Positions 40,006 to 52,870 of a stretch of DNA of 64,000 nucleotides are shown one piece after another. Each line of letters starts with the position of its first letter. Position 1 is the stretch's first letter. Below the pieces are notes generated by a model. It was not told the origin of the DNA. It made no database searches and worked only from the letters and a program-made list of their open reading frames with translations. The translations under genes and the position numbers were made by a program. The DNA is taken from the NCBI RefSeq assembly GCF_001194135.2, contig NC_068981.1, positions 160,432,722 to 160,496,721 of the forward strand, read 5' to 3'. Source of the stretch: Octopus bimaculoides. Lineage: Eukaryota.

Positions 40006-42884
40006 TTTTTTGCAGCTAATATCTACTCTGTTTTCTCTGTTCAGTCTATTTTTCCAATTCACTTTGTATATTTAATGTGTAGTTAGTACCAATACATTTA
40101 ATGAAATGAGCTTCAAAAATCTATTTAATCTTTCTAATATTTAGTCTGACTCTATATTCAGTTAGTTTCTCACCATTCTCTTCAGGTCCCCATTGCTTAT
40201 ATTTCTTTGTCATGTAACATATTACTTTTGATAGGGAGCATGTCTTTGTTTGTCATCAACAAAGTTTCTTCAACTTGACACACCAACTTCCCACCTTGGA
40301 TGGATATTAAGCTATCATTGGTTTTATTGAATTCATTACCAAACTCATTATTCTTAGCAGTTTCTTATACATCACTCTTTTATTGCCATTTATATGCTGC
40401 TACTACATTTCCAGTTAAACAGCCAAACTAGTGCTACCTCTACTTACCATGACAATTCTAAACTACTCTTTCTGAAACTATAGCAACTTTCCTTAATAGC
40501 ATTTCTTTAAGCTCTAGATGTTGATAGTTGCAGCTATCAACATAGTTACATGTGAACCCAACAGCAGAAAATGTGAAGCAGGTTTATGTCACCAGTGTTG
40601 CAATGTGCTCTTTCAAGCTACATCACTTAGGTTATAAATATTATTGTTTCACCTGATCAGTCCCAATTATACAGACTTTTCATCACAGGCATTCTAGTTG
40701 TGACCATCTCTTTCTCTCTCTTTTTTTTTTTGTATAGCATGCATCCAGGATCACATCATCTAATATATCCTTCCTCTTTTAGTTGGTAAGACATGATATG
40801 AAAAAGACTTGGTTGTTATTTCTAGCAGCCTAACAAAGATGCCCTGGTTGGTTCAAAGATATAAATGGTATAGATCTGATGATGGGATACAGTCGATTGG
40901 GACATACACATTGCTGTTATAATCAGTAAGGTTACTGGATAAGATATATTCTGTTAGCTTAGAGTATTAAATTCATCACTTTAAACTTTCTCTCGACTGA
41001 TAACATTATCTATGAAGTAAGATATTTTTCAATTGCTTAATCCTATAAAAAGCTATCATATTCAATCAAAATCTCTTATCAACATCACCAGATGTACCCC
41101 TTCCACATCAGTACCCCCAACTCTATCTACAAAGTAGGAAGTCAGAAGAGTATTGCATACCTTCCCTCCTCTTTATAAAAGATATTTGAACATTTGTTAA
41201 TGCTTTTTCCCTTCTGAGAAGTAAATTTAAGATCCAGTTTTATCTGTAGCTTCCATTGCCCACTTTCTATCAATATATTTTATTACCATCATGTTAACAA
41301 TTAATTTCAAATTTTCTGCTCTATACATTAACATAATATTTTGACAATTAAATGTAAGGCGCTTATTTTATAATCTTATGTTATGTAATGTTCAACACAC
41401 CTTGTTTCATTGTTAGTGCTATGTTACTAGTGCTTGGTTATCTACCAATAATTTCAACCCCTCCCCACCTCTCTCTGCTATGAACATATCTTCTACCCTT
41501 TCGAACTCTTTTGAATATAGCTATTCATATTTTACTAAACTATCTTCAAATCATTCTTTGCATATGAGAATAATTTTATTCTATTTTGATACAATGTATT
41601 ATCTCTAATTTTCTAACAGAAATGAAATTTTGTTTACACAAAATCAAATTATTATATTAAAAAAAAAAAAATATTAAATTTCAATATATGATGCAGTTCC
41701 TTATTCAATAATACAAAGGAAGATATGGTCATGATAACATCAACACATGTACAATGGTTTGTTCCATGGTTTTCTGCTTTTATTTTTTTCCTGCATTAGC
41801 TCCTTTGCAGAGTAAAGCCTACAGCAGTATAACAAGAGATGAGGTGATAAGATATGTAGGATTATTCAGAAAACAAATATTTTTAATAACAGCTACTGAT
41901 TTATACTTGCTAGATTTCTTTTGATAATTTTTTTGTGAGGTTGGTTAGTATAGAAAGTTAAATTTGCATCAATATATCACTGGTACTTATTTAAAAAACC
42001 CTGAAGGGATGAAAGACGAAGTTGACTGTCAGAACAGTTTGGCATGTAGTCCAGCATTTTTTTACCTTGTCAATTTTAACTGGTTTCTTGTCATAGGTTT
42101 AAACTGATTTGAGCACAGGCATAGCTGTGTGCTTAAAAAGTTACCTTTGTTACCATTTGGTTTCAAGTTTGATCCTACTGTGTGGCACCTTGGGCAAGTG
42201 TTAGCTACCATAGTGTCAGTGAAATTTACTAGGCTGAAACTGTATGGAAACTCCCCATACATTTATGATGATCAGTGCTTCAAGCAAAAATACTTCATTA
42301 TTTTGTCTTCTGAGTTATGTTTCTTAGTCCTTTTTTTTTTTAGTCCTTTCATCTATAGATGGGCCTAGCTATTCAATAAATAAAGATTGTATGTGTACCA
42401 GATATACTGGGATGAATAAAATGAATTGGCTACAATCCAATAGCTGAAACTAGTTAAAAATATATATTTTTTTTTTTTAGGCTTAATCCTTTACCTGCCC
42501 AAAGCATTTTCATAAGTTTGTTCTAATTGTCCATGCTTGTTTTCAGACTTTTAGTTAACCCTTGTTTTCATATATTCTGAATTATACAAAGCTTTCCTTT
42601 TGTAAATCCCCAAGTTAAACTATTAGCTGAGAAAAAACTGGGAATGTGTATCATTTAAGATGCATAGACACCAGAGAAATATGTCCTGTGTTTGATACCC
42701 AGGACAGGTAGAGGGTTAAGAAGAGAAATACAGATGATTGTTTGAATAAACACCAGTATAATTCAGCTAATATGTTTTATCAATGCCTGAAAGATTCTCA
42801 GAACAGTGAGATAATGAACTAGATACATTAAAGCATTCAGTCCAGCATTCTGTTGTCTCTCCCATCCTTTTCTTTTTTTTTTCT

Positions 42885-43084
42885 TTTCTTTACTTGTTTC
42901 AGTCATTTGACTGGCCATGCTGGAGCACCGCTTTTAGTCGATTAAATCGACCCCAGGACTTATTCTTTGTAAGCCTAGTACTTATTCTATCAGTATCTTT
43001 TGCCGAACCGCGAAGTTACAAGGACGTAAACACACCTCCATCGGTTGTCAAGCAATGTTGGGGGAGACAAACACAGACATGCAA

Positions 43085-43121
<37 letters not shown>

Positions 43122-43910
43122 NNNNNNNNNNNNNNNNNNNNNNNNNNNNNNNNNNNNNNNNNNNNNNNNNNNNNNNNNNNNNNNNNNNNNNNNNNNNNNN
43201 NNNNNNNNNNNNNNNNNNNNNNNNNNNNNNNNNNNNNNNNNNNNNNNNNNNNNNNNNNNNNNNNNNNNNNNNNNNNNNNNNNNNNNNNNNNNNNNNNNNN
43301 NNNNNNNNNNNNNNNNNNNNNNNNNNNNNNNNNNNNNNNNNNNNNNNNNNNNNNNNNNNNNNNNNNNNNNNNNNNNNNNNNNNNNNNNNNNNNNNNNNNN
43401 NNNNNNNNNNNNNNNNNNNNNNNNNNNNNNNNNNNNNNNNNNNNNNNNNNNNNNNNNNNNNNNNNNNNNNNNNNNNNNNNNNNNNNNNNNNNNNNNNNNN
43501 NNNNNNNNNNNNNNNNNNNNNNNNNNNNNNNNNNNNNNNNNNNNNNNNNNNNNNNNNNNNNNNNNNNNNNNNNNNNNNNNNNNNNNNNNNNNNNNNNNNN
43601 NNNNNNNNNNNNNNNNNNNNNNNNNNNNNNNNNNNNNNNNNNNNNNNNNNNNNNNNNNNNNNNNNNNNNNNNNNNNNNNNNNNNNNNNNNNNNNNNNNNN
43701 NNNNNNNNNNNNNNNNNNNNNNNNNTATATACATATACATATATATACGATGGGCTTCTTTCAGTTTCCGTCTACCAAATCCACTCACAAGGCTTTGGTC
43801 GGCCCGAGGCTATAGTAGAAGACACTTGCCCAAGTTGCCACGCAGTGAGAATGAACCCAGAACCATGTGGTTGGTAAGCAAGCTACTTACCACACAGCCA
43901 CTCCTGCGCC
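42885..43910 (-). mobile_element. Full-length family A SINE with an internal microsatellite/N-gap
   Basis: 43745-43910 is the reverse complement of the head at 44735-44888. 42885-43080 is the reverse complement of the tail at 45300-45478. Confidence 0.85.
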
Positions 43911-44734
43911 TCCTCATCATTTTCTTTTAATATTGATTTCTTTTGATGGGGCACAGGATCAAATGGAGAAAGATAACATAGATTAGATTGTTCCAAGTTA
44001 CATTACTTGTACTTTATTTTATCAACCCCAAAAGGAAGAAAAATACAGGTGACTCTAACACGATTTGAACTCAGACACTAAACATATTGCCAAGCATTTA
44101 GTCTGGCTCAAGTGTTTCTGGCAACCTGCTAGCTTTAAGAATTGTAATAATATTGAAAACAAGATAGTGGGGCACTTCATAATTAATACAACTCTCAGTT
44201 TGTAAAAATATCTTAGAAGGAGTTATCCATGTAACAGACCCTTAAAAAAAATAGAAGCAAAAAACTAAAAATCAGTGGAGCAAAGTCAAAATTTAGAAAT
44301 AAAATTCATGTTTGAAATGTGAAACTTTTGGCTGAAATCATGAAATTTTGTCATGTAAGGAAATTCTACTCTTGAACAAATGCTTTTATTATGAAAGAAC
44401 CTAATTATCTTCCATAATGGAAACTAGTAACCGTTCTCTCTCTCTCTCTCAGAATGTAGAATATGAATATCTGATATCATTAAATATTGATTGTAACAGA
44501 CAAAGATAAAAATTTCTCTCATTTTTGAACAGGAGTTGAGAACTCCTCTGTGGACAAAATTTTACTTGCTATTGAATATGAAACCACCCACTGTTAAAGT
44601 CTCTGAAGACCCAAATGAAAAAAAATGGTTTATCTTTTGAGACTAAAGATATAAATTAATATAAGTGGTATAGAAAGTGGTGAGCTGGCAGAATTGTTAG
44701 CATGCCAATATTTACCTATCTTTTATCTTTTTCA

Positions 44735-45257
44735 AGGAGTGGGTATGTGGTAAGTAGGTTGCTTACCAACCACATGGTTCCGGGTTCAGTCCCACTGCGT
44801 GGCACCTTGGGCAAGTGTCTTCTACTATAGCCTCGGGCAGACCAAAGCCTTGTGAGTGGATTTGGTAGATGGAAACTGAAAGAAGCCCNNNNNNNNNNNN
44901 NNNNNNNNNNNNNNNNNNNNNNNNNNNNNNNNNNNNNNNNNNNNNNNNNNNNNNNNNNNNNNNNNNNNNNNNNNNNNNNNNNNNNNNNNNNNNNNNNNNN
45001 NNNNNNNNNNNNNNNNNNNNNNNNNNNNNNNNNNNNNNNNNNNNNNNNNNNNNNNNNNNNNNNNNNNNNNNNNNNNNNNNNNNNNNNNNNNNNNNNNNNN
45101 NNNNNNNNNNNNNNNNNNNNNNNNNNNNNNNNNNNNNNNNNNNNNNNNNNNNNNNNNNNNNNNNNNNNNNNNNNNNNNNNNNNNNNNNNNNNNNNNNNNN
45201 NNNNNNNNNNNNNNNNNNNNNNNNNNNNNNNNNNNNNNNNNNNNNNNNNNNNNNNNN

Positions 45258-45288
<31 letters not shown>

Positions 45289-45478
45289 GTGTGTATATGT
45301 CTGTGTGTCTGTGTTTGTCCCCCAACATTGCTTGACAACTGATGTTGGTGTGTTTACATCCCCGTAACTTATCAGTTCGACATAAGTGACTGATAGAGTA
45401 AGTACTAGGCTTACAAAGAATCAGTCCTGGGGTGCTCCAGCATGGCCGCATTCAAATGACTGAAACAAGTAAAAGAGT
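44735..45478 (+). mobile_element. Full-length family A SINE inserted inside a family C SINE
   Basis: Head GGAGTGG.TATGTGGTAAG...GGGTTCAGTCCCAC and tail ...GAAACAAGTAAAAGAG. The host SINE is split at AGCATGCC|AGGTGAAATGC, with ATGCCA duplicated. Confidence 0.85.
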
Positions 45479-45834
45479 ATGCCAGGTGAAATGCTTAGTG
45501 GCATTTTGTCCGTCTTCAAGTTCTGAGTTCAAATTCCACTGAGGTCGATTTTGCCTTTCATCCCTTCAGGGTCGATAAAATAAGTACCAGTTAAGTACTG
45601 GGGTCGATATAATCGACTTAGCCCCTTCCCTGAAACTGCTGGCTTTGTGCCAGAATTTGAACCAATGTAACTAGTATAGCTATGAATTTTTTAAATTAAA
45701 TATTCTTTACTTATCTCAGCACATATTCCCCCTTAGTACTATAAAGTTTCCTCTACTCTGGTCTAAGGCATTTTCTGTATTTTGAAAGTAAACTGGTAAC
45801 AGAACATGATAGAATGACAACAATATTTACCTAT

Positions 45835-46175
45835 CTTTTATCTTTTTCAGTCATTAGACTGCAAATAGTATTTAGTGTTTTTATTATTTTAAGCCTGATA
45901 CTTATTCTATTAGTGTCTTTTATTGAACTGCTAAGTTACAAGGATGTAAACAACCAATACCAGTTGGCAAGCAGTTGGGAAACAAATCCAGAGACCTGCA
46001 TACACACACACACACACATGACGAGTTTCCATACAGTTTCCTTCTACCAAATTCACTCACAAGGCAGTGGTTTGGCCTAGGGCTATAGTAGAAGATGTTT
46101 GCCTAAGATGTTATGCACTGGTATTGAACCTGAAACCATGTGGTTGCAAAACAAACTTCTTAACCATACAGCCAT
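45835..46175 (-). mobile_element. Older family A SINE copy
   Basis: Diverged reverse complement of the 44735 copy. Further copies lie at ~35715-35890, 36715-37095, 47845-48000 and 55460-55750. Confidence 0.75.
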
Positions 46176-46801
46176 ACCTGTACCTATATGCAAACTAATC
46201 TGACATTGCATACAATAATTAGTTTTGGATACAAAATCCTACTATCAATAATATTCACTTTCATATTTATATGACTGCATTTTATGAAGTATCTTTCCCT
46301 TCCTAGAATTTTGAAGTAAATGGAAATTTCACAAAATCCTGAAAATATCAAGAAAAATCATACCCTAGTAATAAAAATTGATCTGGACTATTAACCTCAT
46401 TTTAGTGTTCTATTTCACAGAGTGCCTTGATTGATGTATTTTCCAATCATTTGAAATTACTTAATTGTTTGACCACAGCCTTTGGGCTAAAACGTATAAA
46501 AGAATAAAAGAGTAAAAGAATATATCTTCTCATGATAAAACTGAACAGTTCTATTTTTTGTGCAGTGAAATTGTAGTTAATAGCAACTGAGACTCTGTAA
46601 TAAAGATTTTTATTTTCAATCTCAGTTAGTTGGGTAATTATATATAAATGGAAATGTTTTGTATATAAAACAGTCATGATGAGGTTTTATGTGTCCTATT
46701 AATGTTACCCTCACCAGTAACGACACATTTCAGAAATATAAACTTAATTTTTTTTTTTTTTTTAACTTCTGTTTAATGACAGAATAAATAGCCAGATAAG
46801 A

Positions 46802-47019
46802 TAGTGTTTCTCAACCATTTTTTAGCTGTGGACCCTTTTTTTCCTATTTTACGTGGGTGGACCCTCATAGCCATACAATGTTTAAAGAAATCTTTTTATA
46901 TTTTTATAATTAAATATTAGGAACTGTATAAAAGAAATTAAGTTTGTTTGTGTATTGTAGAAGTATAACATAATTTTTAACGAATAAAGTCTTATATAGG
47001 CCCTGGTTAAGAACCACTG
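46802..47019. mobile_element. hAT-type MITE candidate
   Basis: Termini TAGTGTTTCTCAACC ... GGTTAAGAACCACTG resemble Charlie-like TIRs. No 8-bp TSD was recovered. Confidence 0.45.
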
Positions 47020-47432
47020 CTCGAAACAATGATTCTTCCACTTACAAAATGAACCTCTCTGCCTTATAAAAATGTCATTCTGTCACGAAATGACTGGCAG
47101 GAAAAAAAAAATGGGCTCCATTAAGTATCTCGAATTATTTATTTTAGTTTAGTTAGTCTTAGTTCAAATATCACTGGGGTCAGCTTAGCATTCTGTCCTT
47201 TTGAGAGTTTTGTTAAAAATGAATATGTACTGGGATCAATTGAGTTAACTATAGGCCTCTTAATATCATCTAATGCACATTAATTCTTATTTCGAAGAAA
47301 ATGACATAAAGATCCTATTCTTAAAAAAAATTCACTCAAGTTACTTATTTGTGATCTGAAGATTTAGATTCGATTATGATTTGGTATCCGGATGCTTTAT
47401 ATAATATTGTTTTGTACTTTTTTTCATTGTAG

Positions 47433-47565
47433 ATGTTCTACAGATGATGGGCCGTGCTGGAAGACCTCAATTCGATGCTCAAGGTACTGCTGTGATATTG
47501 GTTCATGACATAAAGAAACATTTTTACAAAAGGTTTTTGTATGAACCCTTTCCTGTTGAATCAAA
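47433..47565 (+). CDS. ASCC3: ASCC3 internal exon C (helicase motif VI): (D)[43 protein letters not shown]
   Basis: ttttcattgtAG acceptor and GTAAGT donor at 47566. 133 nt, phase 1/2. Contains [12 protein letters not shown], motif VI of Ski2-like Brr2/ASCC3/Mer3 helicases. Confidence 0.96.
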
Positions 47566-50500
47566 GTAAGTAATTATACCTTATTATCAAACACCAAATA
47601 ATCTATTTTTCCTATCATCATCATCAAATGTCCATTTTTCCACGTTTGCATGGGTCAGATGGAATTTGTTGAGGCAGATTTCCTATGGCCAGATGCCCTT
47701 CTTGTCACCAACTCTCACCTATTTCCCACCAAGGTAATATTTTCCTTTGGAAGACCGGAAGTAAACAACATTCTTGTATGATGACGATGCTCATTTACAA
47801 TCATAGCATGATGTTAAGGCAAGGGTACGCACACACACACACACATCTGACAGGCTTCTTGCAGTTTCCGTCTACCAGTTCCACTTATAAAGCCTGGAGT
47901 TACAGTAGAAAACACTTGCCGAAATGGTCACTGCAATGGAACTGAGTGCAAGACCTCATGGTTTGAAAGCAAGCTTACTAACTACACAGGCATGCCTGTG
48001 CCTATATAAATATATTAAAACACATAAGTAGGTTAGAAAATTGGATAGGTGGATAGACAGATGGATGAACACAGAATCTCTTCAATAGCTATGTGACTAG
48101 CACACTTTTAGTCAGTTTTTCTCTTGGTTTCAGATATCTACAGCTACTTTATTGACCCTGCAATAGAAAATGTGTGGTACAGATAGGATTTTACTTATTA
48201 CAAATTTTATATTCATCTCAAGTGTTCCAAATACTAAGATAAAGAAGAGAAAGTTAATGACAGAGCCTTGGTGGACACTATCTGAACTTTAACATATTGA
48301 CTGAATGTTTTGCCTTCACTAATTTTAGTTGTTTCCTTACATCCACACACAGCTTCTCACTAGTCAATTATTTACACCTATATTTTATCGACATTCATTT
48401 ATCAATAAAAATCCAAAGGAGTGCAGGAGGATATTTATTAAAGATTAATGTCAACAATTTCTTACCATATTCATAGTATTTTATGTTCCTCTGGCTGGAT
48501 AATCTTCAGACGTTGAATCTCACAGAGGTGACGACAAGTGATTGAGACTTTTGGTGATTTGCTGTGCTTGAGAAGACATATCAAGCTAACTACAGAAATT
48601 GTAGTTATGGCCAGTGCCAGTGACACATGAAAGACACCCATGCCAGTGACACGCTGGCATTAAGAAGGGATCCAACCATAGAAACCAAGCCAAAACAGAC
48701 TGGGGCCTGGTGCAGTTCTCCCGCTTACCCGTTCCAGTCAAACTATCTTACCCATGTCAGCATGGAAAGTAGATGCTAAATGATGGCGTCATCGATGTTT
48801 CCACTTTTCTCCAGTTTCAGCTTTACTTTCTGCCACTTTCACTGCTATTAGTTTTAATTCTCATTTTATTTCACCAACCCTTGTCTTTGTTGGTGTCAAA
48901 ACAGTGGTTCTATGCCAGTTACAGAGTACAATAAAAATGACACAGTTTGTTGGTGTTAAAGAATGGAGTCAACAGATTGATGTTCAAAATATCAAACTTT
49001 TCCACTCTTCTTGGCAACCAAACTTACTGACACCTTCAAATTCTCTTTGATTTTATTACTGTTGTTGCCAACATACTGTTGCCAATTTCCTTGATTCCTC
49101 TATTCTTACTAAATATAATATTTCTCTTTGTCATTTAGTTAGTTAAATAATCAAATGTTATCTGTAGAAAATAATCATGTATTTTTAAAATTATTATTAT
49201 GGTCAGTGAAATGAAAATATTATCTTTATAGTTTTATGTCCACCTTTCCAGTGACATAACTAGAGTGTGTGCCACTTAAGGTACCCCTTGATTTTGCCTC
49301 CCCTTCCCTGTGGGACTCCAAACCTATAGAGGCTTATACAGAAGACCCACAACTGTCACTCCACCCCACTGAAGCGTCATCTCTCACCTATGCTGCTCCT
49401 CTTTCCATGTTGTTATAAATCAGAAAATTTTTTCTGAGATTGTGTTTTATAGACAGATGCTCTTCTTGTTGCTAGCCCTTTTTACATCACCTCTTAAGAT
49501 ACTCAAGAACATGGTATCCCTGTTTTGAAACTGTGATACCACATAAGGTAGAAGAGAAAAAGGAAGTTTTTTTTTTGTTTTTTTTTTCGAAGTATCATTT
49601 TCTTCATCTGTGATTGAAAGCAATAAATATGTTTTTATTTGATGATTGTGAACTCTGAAAACAGTCAAATTTATCCCGTCTGTATTTATGGCTGAGATTC
49701 TTTCAGGTTTGTTTATCCTTCATCTACCTATAGTCTCTAAAATATATGCATGTAATAAATGAGTTGGGGTTTAACAATTGGTTTGACTGTGATCCTTTGG
49801 AAAAAATCAATATTAATCTTTGTTTTAATAGAACCTTCTTGTGAAAGCTATCCCAGTATCAGGACCATTGTATCATGGAACCATTCAACTTCTGATTTAT
49901 CCTAGCTTGTTATTACTTTTTTTTTTTTTTTTTTTTTTTTTTCTTCACAAACTATGAGTAAGTTTCTGCTTGATTGCACAAGCTGCCAGATATAGCAACC
50001 AAATTTTCCTTAAATTACACTCTACTGCCTTCAGAAATTTGGTGTCTTAGGTACATTGTCTGCAAAAAAAACCCAGAAAAAATTAAAACGACTGATTAAT
50101 CGCTGCCAGAATGCCTCTGGTCATTGGCCTGTCTTCTGCTTGATTGGAGCTATCCTAAGCTAAACAACTAAATTTTTATAATCACGCTTATCTAGCTTAA
50201 CAAATTATCAAAAGACTACAATAAATTAGTATCATAGAAGTATAGATATTGTAGTATGTCTGATCTTTATTAAATATACATTTGATTTATCTTTTGTGTA
50301 GAGAAAAACAAACAGAGTTATGTTGTTTCTTTACACCCTGTTGACTGTTATTCCTTTCATTGTAGCCATAAGCAGAATAATTACAAATTGCTGCAACTTA
50401 GCTTCATTTTCTATCCTCTTCACTCTATTTCCCCATCTCTCAACAGTTCTTTTCTCTTTCTTGTCAACATCATCATTATCTATCTTATGCTAGTTGTCGT

Positions 50501-50829
50501 TCCTTTGATCTTTATGGAAGCTAAAATTGACAGCATATTTCTTTCTTCTTGTCCTTTAGTTTATTTGTTCCATTATTGAATTCTGAGCAACATTTCTTCT
50601 CTCCTTCACCGTTGTTCGTCTACTTTATAGCTGCTTCTCTTTTACTAACTTCCTTATTTAGATGTTTAGAAAACACAAACACACACACACGCTCTCTCTC
50701 TCTCTCTCTCTCCCCCTCTATCTATCTCAGATACACACACAACTTATTTTATAAATACCTCATTTCTGCTGATTTAACTTGATTTTCTGAAACAACTACT
50801 CTCTTTTTTTACTTATAAAGTCTAAAGGA

Positions 50830-52260
50830 AGGGGCATAGCCCATGAACTTTGCAGACCCTTCAAGACTGGTGAAGTTGATATTGTTTATGTTCTATTTAA
50901 GCTTTGCAGATCAACACTTGCAGGGAAGATATGAGCTGGAAAGAGGTTTCACAGGGATAATGTTCAGGGGAGAAAGGACTGGCCATAATGATTAACACAA
51001 GGCTAAGTGGGTTGGACATACCAAGAGTAGCAACAGGTGGGAAGATGAGTGGAGCAGGGGTACCTGGGTGGTGGAGGTATGAAACTAATCAGCTATGAGG
51101 AGCAGGGGCCATTATGGTGACAATAGAAAAGACAGAGCAAGCAGTCAATATGCCTGTGACCCAAAGGTTGGTGTGTGTCTGTTGATGATTGAATGCTAAT
51201 TAATTGAATGGCCCTTCTTTGTTTGTGTAGCAGCAACACTATCCCAGATATGACAGCAGTATTCTATTGTGGGTTTCACTTGAGTCTCATAGAATATCAG
51301 TAGTTGTTAGGGGCTGATATACAATTTTTGGCTCTTAAGTTTTTTTTTTTTTCGTTCAAAGAAAGAAAGTCGTGACTTCACCAGAGGATGTTCTCAAGGT
51401 CTCCATTTATGGAATTGATGCAAGTTTGGCATATGTTTCTGCGTTACATGTTGTAGTGAACTGTCATCATCTGCATAAGAGTGAGCTTTGTAGATATGTT
51501 GGCAAGTAGGTCTGTGATGAAAAGAAGAGAGTTGGGGACAAAACTGAACCATAGGGAACACTAGAGTTGATTGAAAGTAAGACTGAAAGAGCCCCATCAG
51601 CACATACCCATTACGGTGCAGTTAGATAAAAAAAAGTATCAGTGTAAGAGATGAGAGATAGGTGGAGCCCTTAGATGGAAAGTTTCTATTGGAGATTTGC
51701 ATGCCAGATATAGTTGAAGATTTTGCTCATATCTAAGGTGGTACCATTACTTTTTTCAGGCTCCTGTAAAGCAAGAGCTCACTGTTATGTGAATTAAGAG
51801 AGTAGGTTTCCAGTGGAGCTAACTCTGCAGAAGCCATGCTGATGGTCACTGAGGAGAGACAGAAAAACTTAAGGTGTCAGAGAAAGTTATTAGTTACTTT
51901 CTTCATTACCCTAGAGAGCCAAAAGACAATTGTTGGCTGAGTCAGAAGGGTTACCTGTCTTTCAGATGAGACACACTTCCAAATGTCAGAGTATATCCAT
52001 ACAGTGAGTGAGTGATTAAAGAGATTAGTGATTATAGGAGCAAGTTCTGGAGTGCAGTGCGTGAGTGTAATGGAGTGGACATTGTTGGAAGTAAATGAAG
52101 TTATTTCCTCACTTGGGGAGCCTAGTGGAGTGGAATGGCATATATTTGGAGGGCATTGGCAAAGGATATATATTGTGGAGTTGGATACAAAAGCAGCCAG
52201 CAAAGATGGAGGCTTTCTCCATGTGGGCACTAATTACAGAGCCACCATTGTTTAAATGAG
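50830..52260 (-). mobile_element. Decayed L2/CR1-group LINE (RT region to 3' UTR)
   Basis: Fragments LTHCTPELAPIITNLFNHSL...WK, LSRVMKK, a GVPxGSVLSP-like segment and AHSYADD, with many frameshifts. Confidence 0.75.
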
Positions 52261-52744
52261 GAGAGAAAGAAGATTCCAGAGTTAACTTCTTACAATTAAC
52301 TTCTATATATTAAGTGTCTAAATGTTGTAGATAATGTCTAAGTATTGTTGATAAGATCATTTAATTTTCAGACTATTAACAAGAAAATTTTTCTCAGTAT
52401 TGACATCTAGACTATATTTCAATCTTTGATTGCCATCACTTTTAAATCTACAAATAGACACCAGAGTTCAAACCAATTAAAACGGAGGTTAGATGTAATT
52501 ATTGAAAAATCTTTCATCTTCAAAGATGTTGTTAACGGTTTTCTTTTTTTAATTAATTTACTTAAAAATTAAATAAGAATAATATTGATGGAAAAATTGA
52601 GTATTTTTATTTGTGTCAGAGATACCCTAATGTTTTAATGTATATGTAATTATCAAGTTAAAAAGAATTCTTTTTATTTATAAAAAAAAAAGGTATTGTT
52701 TTAAAATTTCAGTAATGTTTCAATATCATTTCATTTTATTTCAG

Positions 52745-52870
52745 TCTGTTGTCTGTCCTAGCAGATCACATGAATGCTGAAATTGTCTCAGGAACTGTCA
52801 ATTCAAAACAAGATGCTATGGATTACATCACTTGGACATATTTTTTCCGTCGACTTGTAATGAATCCCAG
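52745..52870 (+). CDS. ASCC3: ASCC3 internal exon D (winged-helix region): (N)[41 protein letters not shown]
   Basis: ttttatttcAG acceptor and GTAAGT donor at 52871. 126 nt, phase 2/2. In frame with exon C. No further ASCC3 exon is visible between 52871 and 64000. Confidence 0.95.

Noticed and set aside
42555-42719. TTAA-CCC...GGG-TTAA bounded segment suggesting a piggyBac MITE (similar ends near 21127, 22215 and 56805)
   Set aside because: The inverted match extends only a few bases beyond CCC/GGG, which is too weak to call without a genome-wide copy search.
44735-44810. tRNA-like A/B-box sequences here and at other SINE heads
   Set aside because: They continue into SINE bodies and are multicopy and diverged. 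I could not build a complete cloverleaf, so they are not called as tRNA genes.
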